Positions 61,705 to 64,000 of a stretch of DNA of 64,000 bases are shown piece by piece; positions within the stretch are counted from its first letter, which is position 1, and every line of letters starts with the position of its first letter. The notes under the pieces were generated by a model. The model was not told the origin of the DNA, did no database searches, and saw only the letters and a list, made by a program, of their open reading frames with translations. The stretch lies in contig SOJW01000057.1 of the NCBI GenBank assembly GCA_004375895.1, forward strand, positions 11,063-75,062, given 5' to 3'. The DNA is from Candidatus Stahliibacteriota bacterium (GTDB lineage: Bacteria; Hydrothermota; Tepidihabitantia; B3-TA06). Made by a program: the position numbers and the translations under genes.

Positions 61705-64000
61705 GCCTCCTCACTGTCAAATACCAGCTTGCCGCCCGCAAGCCTGACGCGATAGGAGCGCCGCCCCTGACCGTTGATAAGTATCCTGGCTAAAGGATTG
61801 GCAACGAGCCGCTCTATAGTTCTCTTAAGGGACCTTGCCCCGAATCGTTGATCAAATCCCTCGCGCATCAAAAGCTCCTTTACCTCATCTGAGAAACGAA
61901 CCTTGATTCCTTTATCCTCCAGCCTCTCTTTAAGTTGCCCAAGCTGCAGTTCCACAATAAAACCCATATGTTTCAGCGTAAGCGGCTTGAACACCACTAT
62001 CTCGTCAATGCGGTTGAGGAACTCCGGGCGGAAGTTCGCTGCCAGATGCCTATCGAGTTCATCCTTGCCGAGCTCGCCGCCGCTATCCAGTATCTCCTGC
62101 GAAGCGATGTTTGATGTCATAATAATCACGGTATTGGAGAAGTCAACCGTCCGACCCTGACCGTCCGTAAGGCGACCGTCGTCCAGAAGCTGAAGGAGTA
62201 TGTTGAACACGGCAGGATGAGCCTTTTCCACCTCGTCGAGAAGTATCACCTGGTAGGGTCTTCGGCGCACCGCCTCGGTAAGCTGACCTCCTTCCTCGTA
62301 GCCCACATAACCCGGAGGCGCACCCACGAACCGGGCGACCGAGTGTTTCTCCGAGTACTCGCTCATATCCATTCGCAGGAGCGCCGCCTCGTCGTCGAAC
62401 AAAAACCACGCAAGGCTTCGCGCAAGCTCGGTCTTGCCAACACCTGTCGGGCCGAGGAAGAGGAAGGAACCGATGGGACGGGCAGGATCGGAAAGCCCTG
62501 AGCGCCCCCTGCGAATCGCGTCTGCCACCGCACGAACCGCCTCGTCCTGATCGATGAGCCGCTCGTGGATACGCTCTTCCATCCTTAAAAGCTTTTCGGC
62601 CTCCCCTTTGAGCATGTTTGCCACCGGTATCCCTGTCCAGCGCGAGATAGTCTCGGCAATCTGCTTTGCATCAAGTATCTGGCCTATCCCCTTGTCTTTC
62701 AGGTATGCACTGCGCTCGGCCACGTAATCGGCCTGAATCTTGTCCGCCTCTTCCTTGAGCCGTGCCGCACGGGTGTAGTCCTGAATCTTGACCGCCTCCT
62801 GACCCTCACGGGTAAGCTCGGCCAGCCGCTGCCCCTTCTGGCGGATCTCAGGCGGCAGGGAGTACATATCCAGCTTGAGATGGGCTGCCGCCTCGTCGAG
62901 CACGTCGATAGCCTTGTCAGGGAGATGGCGACCGGCAATGTAGCGTGATGAGAGTCTGGCAGCGGCCTCTAGGGCGTCATCTGCGATCTTCACCCCGTGA
63001 TGGGCCTCGTAGCGGTCGCGGAGTCTTGCAAGTATCAGGATCGTTTCCTCGATCGTAGGTTCATCCACGTATACAGGCTGGAACCGGCGCTCCAAAGCCC
63101 CATCCTTCTCGATGTGCTCGCGGTACTCCTTGAGTGTGGTTGCGCCCACGCACTGAATCTCGCCGCGCGACAGGGCGGGCTTGAGCAGGTTGGCCGCATC
63201 AATCGCTCCCTCGGCAGCGCCCGCACCAACTATGGTGTGCATCTCGTCAATAAAAAGGATAACGTTCCCTTTGTTCTGTTTGAGTTCTGAGAGCACGGCC
63301 TTCAGCCGCTCCTCGAACTCACCGCGGAACTTGGTGCCGGCAACCAGCTGACCCATGTCAAGTGCCAGAACCCGTGAGTTGCGAATGATCTCAGGCACCT
63401 CGCCCGCGACTATCTGCTGCGCAAGCCCTTCAACTATAGCGGTCTTTCCGACCCCTGCCTCGCCTATCAGCGCAGGGTTGTTCTTGGTGCGTCGGGAAAG
63501 TATCTCAATCACCCGGCGTATCTCGTCGTCGCGGCCGATCACAGGGTCAAGCTTGTCCTCCTTTGCAAGTTGAGTTAGATCGCGAGTGTACTTTTTCAAG
63601 GATTGGTAGTGGCTTTCAGCATCAGAAGAGGTAATACGCTGCGTGCCTCGTATCTTCTGCAAGGCATGGTAGACCTTATCTGTAGTGACCCCGAAGTCCG
63701 AAAGCACCCGTGCCGCCACCCCCTCGCGCTCCTCGGTCAGGGCAAGAAAGAGATGTTCTGTGCCTATATACTCATCCTTGAGCCGCCCTGCCTCCTCTGA
63801 GGCACGATCCAGTACGCGCTTTAATCGAGGGGTAAGGTAGGCCTGCTCGGTCCCGCCGCCAGCCCCCACAACTTTCGGCAATCTATCGAGTTCACGTTCA
63901 AGACGCTCAACCAAGTATTCCGAGGCGATGCCCATCTCCGATAGAACCTGCGGCACAAGCCCCTGCTGTTGCGTAAGTAAGCCCCACAGCAGGTGATGCG
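61701..64000 (-). CDS. Clp/Hsp100 AAA+ chaperone, 5'-truncated by the window edge (ClpB-like N-domain and no ClpP loop, ClpC-length M-domain)
   Basis: Two AAA+ modules ([18 protein letters not shown]). The frame stays open to position 64000 ([19 protein letters not shown]...). The UVR-like [16 protein letters not shown] sits in an ~80-aa middle domain. Confidence 0.9.
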   Translation of the reverse strand, partial: HHLLWGLLTQQQGLVPQVLSEMGIASEYLVERLERELDRLPKVVGAGGGTEQAYLTPRLKRVLDRASEEAGRLKDEYIGTEHLFLALTEEREGVAARVLSDFGVTTDKVYHALQKIRGTQRITSSDAESHYQSLKKYTRDLTQLAKEDKLDPVIGRDDEIRRVIEILSRRTKNNPALIGEAGVGKTAIVEGLAQQIVAGEVPEIIRNSRVLALDMGQLVAGTKFRGEFEERLKAVLSELKQNKGNVILFIDEMHTIVGAGAAEGAIDAANLLKPALSRGEIQCVGATTLKEYREHIEKDGALERRFQPVYVDEPTIEETILILARLRDRYEAHHGVKIADDALEAAARLSSRYIAGRHLPDKAIDVLDEAAAHLKLDMYSLPPEIRQKGQRLAELTREGQEAVKIQDYTRAARLKEEADKIQADYVAERSAYLKDKGIGQILDAKQIAETISRWTGIPVANMLKGEAEKLLRMEERIHERLIDQDEAVRAVADAIRRGRSGLSDPARPIGSFLFLGPTGVGKTELARSLAWFLFDDEAALLRMDMSEYSEKHSVARFVGAPPGYVGYEEGGQLTEAVRRRPYQVILLDEVEKAHPAVFNILLQLLDDGRLTDGQGRTVDFSNTVIIMTSNIASQEILDSGGELGKDELDRHLAANFRPEFLNRIDEIVVFKPLTLKHMGFIVELQLGQLKERLEDKGIKVRFSDEVKELLMREGFDQRFGARSLKRTIERLVANPLARILINGQGRRSYRVRLAGGKLVFDSEEA

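Overview
64-kb chromosomal segment. The backbone looks roughly 55-60% GC by eye; nothing here was computed. It most likely comes from an uncultivated FCB-superphylum-type Gram-negative bacterium. That is an inference from four secreted proteins with Por/T9SS-type C-terminal sorting domains, a LapA/LapB-like pair and TonB-ExbB-ExbD. I support about 55 CDS. Most are housekeeping genes in long operons with overlapping stop/start codons: aspS, prfB, rpmE, rho, arcC, tdh, acs, kbl, mutS, miaB, tonB-exbD-exbD-exbB, birA-coaX-tsaE-tsaB-rimI, ileS, hflX, rsmI and a Clp/Hsp100 ATPase cut by the right edge. prfB carries the canonical +1 programmed frameshift, which the ORF track misses. I found no rRNA, tRNA or CRISPR array by eye. 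Accessory content: (i) a visibly AT-rich R-M cassette (SPPY methyltransferase + GIY-YIG nuclease) beside a ~209-bp duplication that encloses a relic of another R-M gene; (ii) an AT-rich islet with an orphan HicB-like gene and a nucleoside-2-deoxyribosyltransferase/TIR-like::winged-helix protein, next to a decapitated T9SS cargo gene; (iii) a DUF559 gene; (iv) a patatin-like lipase plus a membrane protein. The most unusual gene pair, and my best candidate for an undescribed system, is an ARPP-1-like protein translationally coupled to a Ser/Thr-kinase::UvrD-helicase fusion (42740-46272). Almost every intergenic region is a mosaic of at least eight families of short hairpin repeats plus heptamer and 11-mer tandem arrays. 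Several of these show compensatory stem substitutions. Several near-consensus sigma70-type promoters sit directly against start codons, suggesting leaderless mRNAs. All family assignments come from motif recognition by eye and need HMM confirmation.
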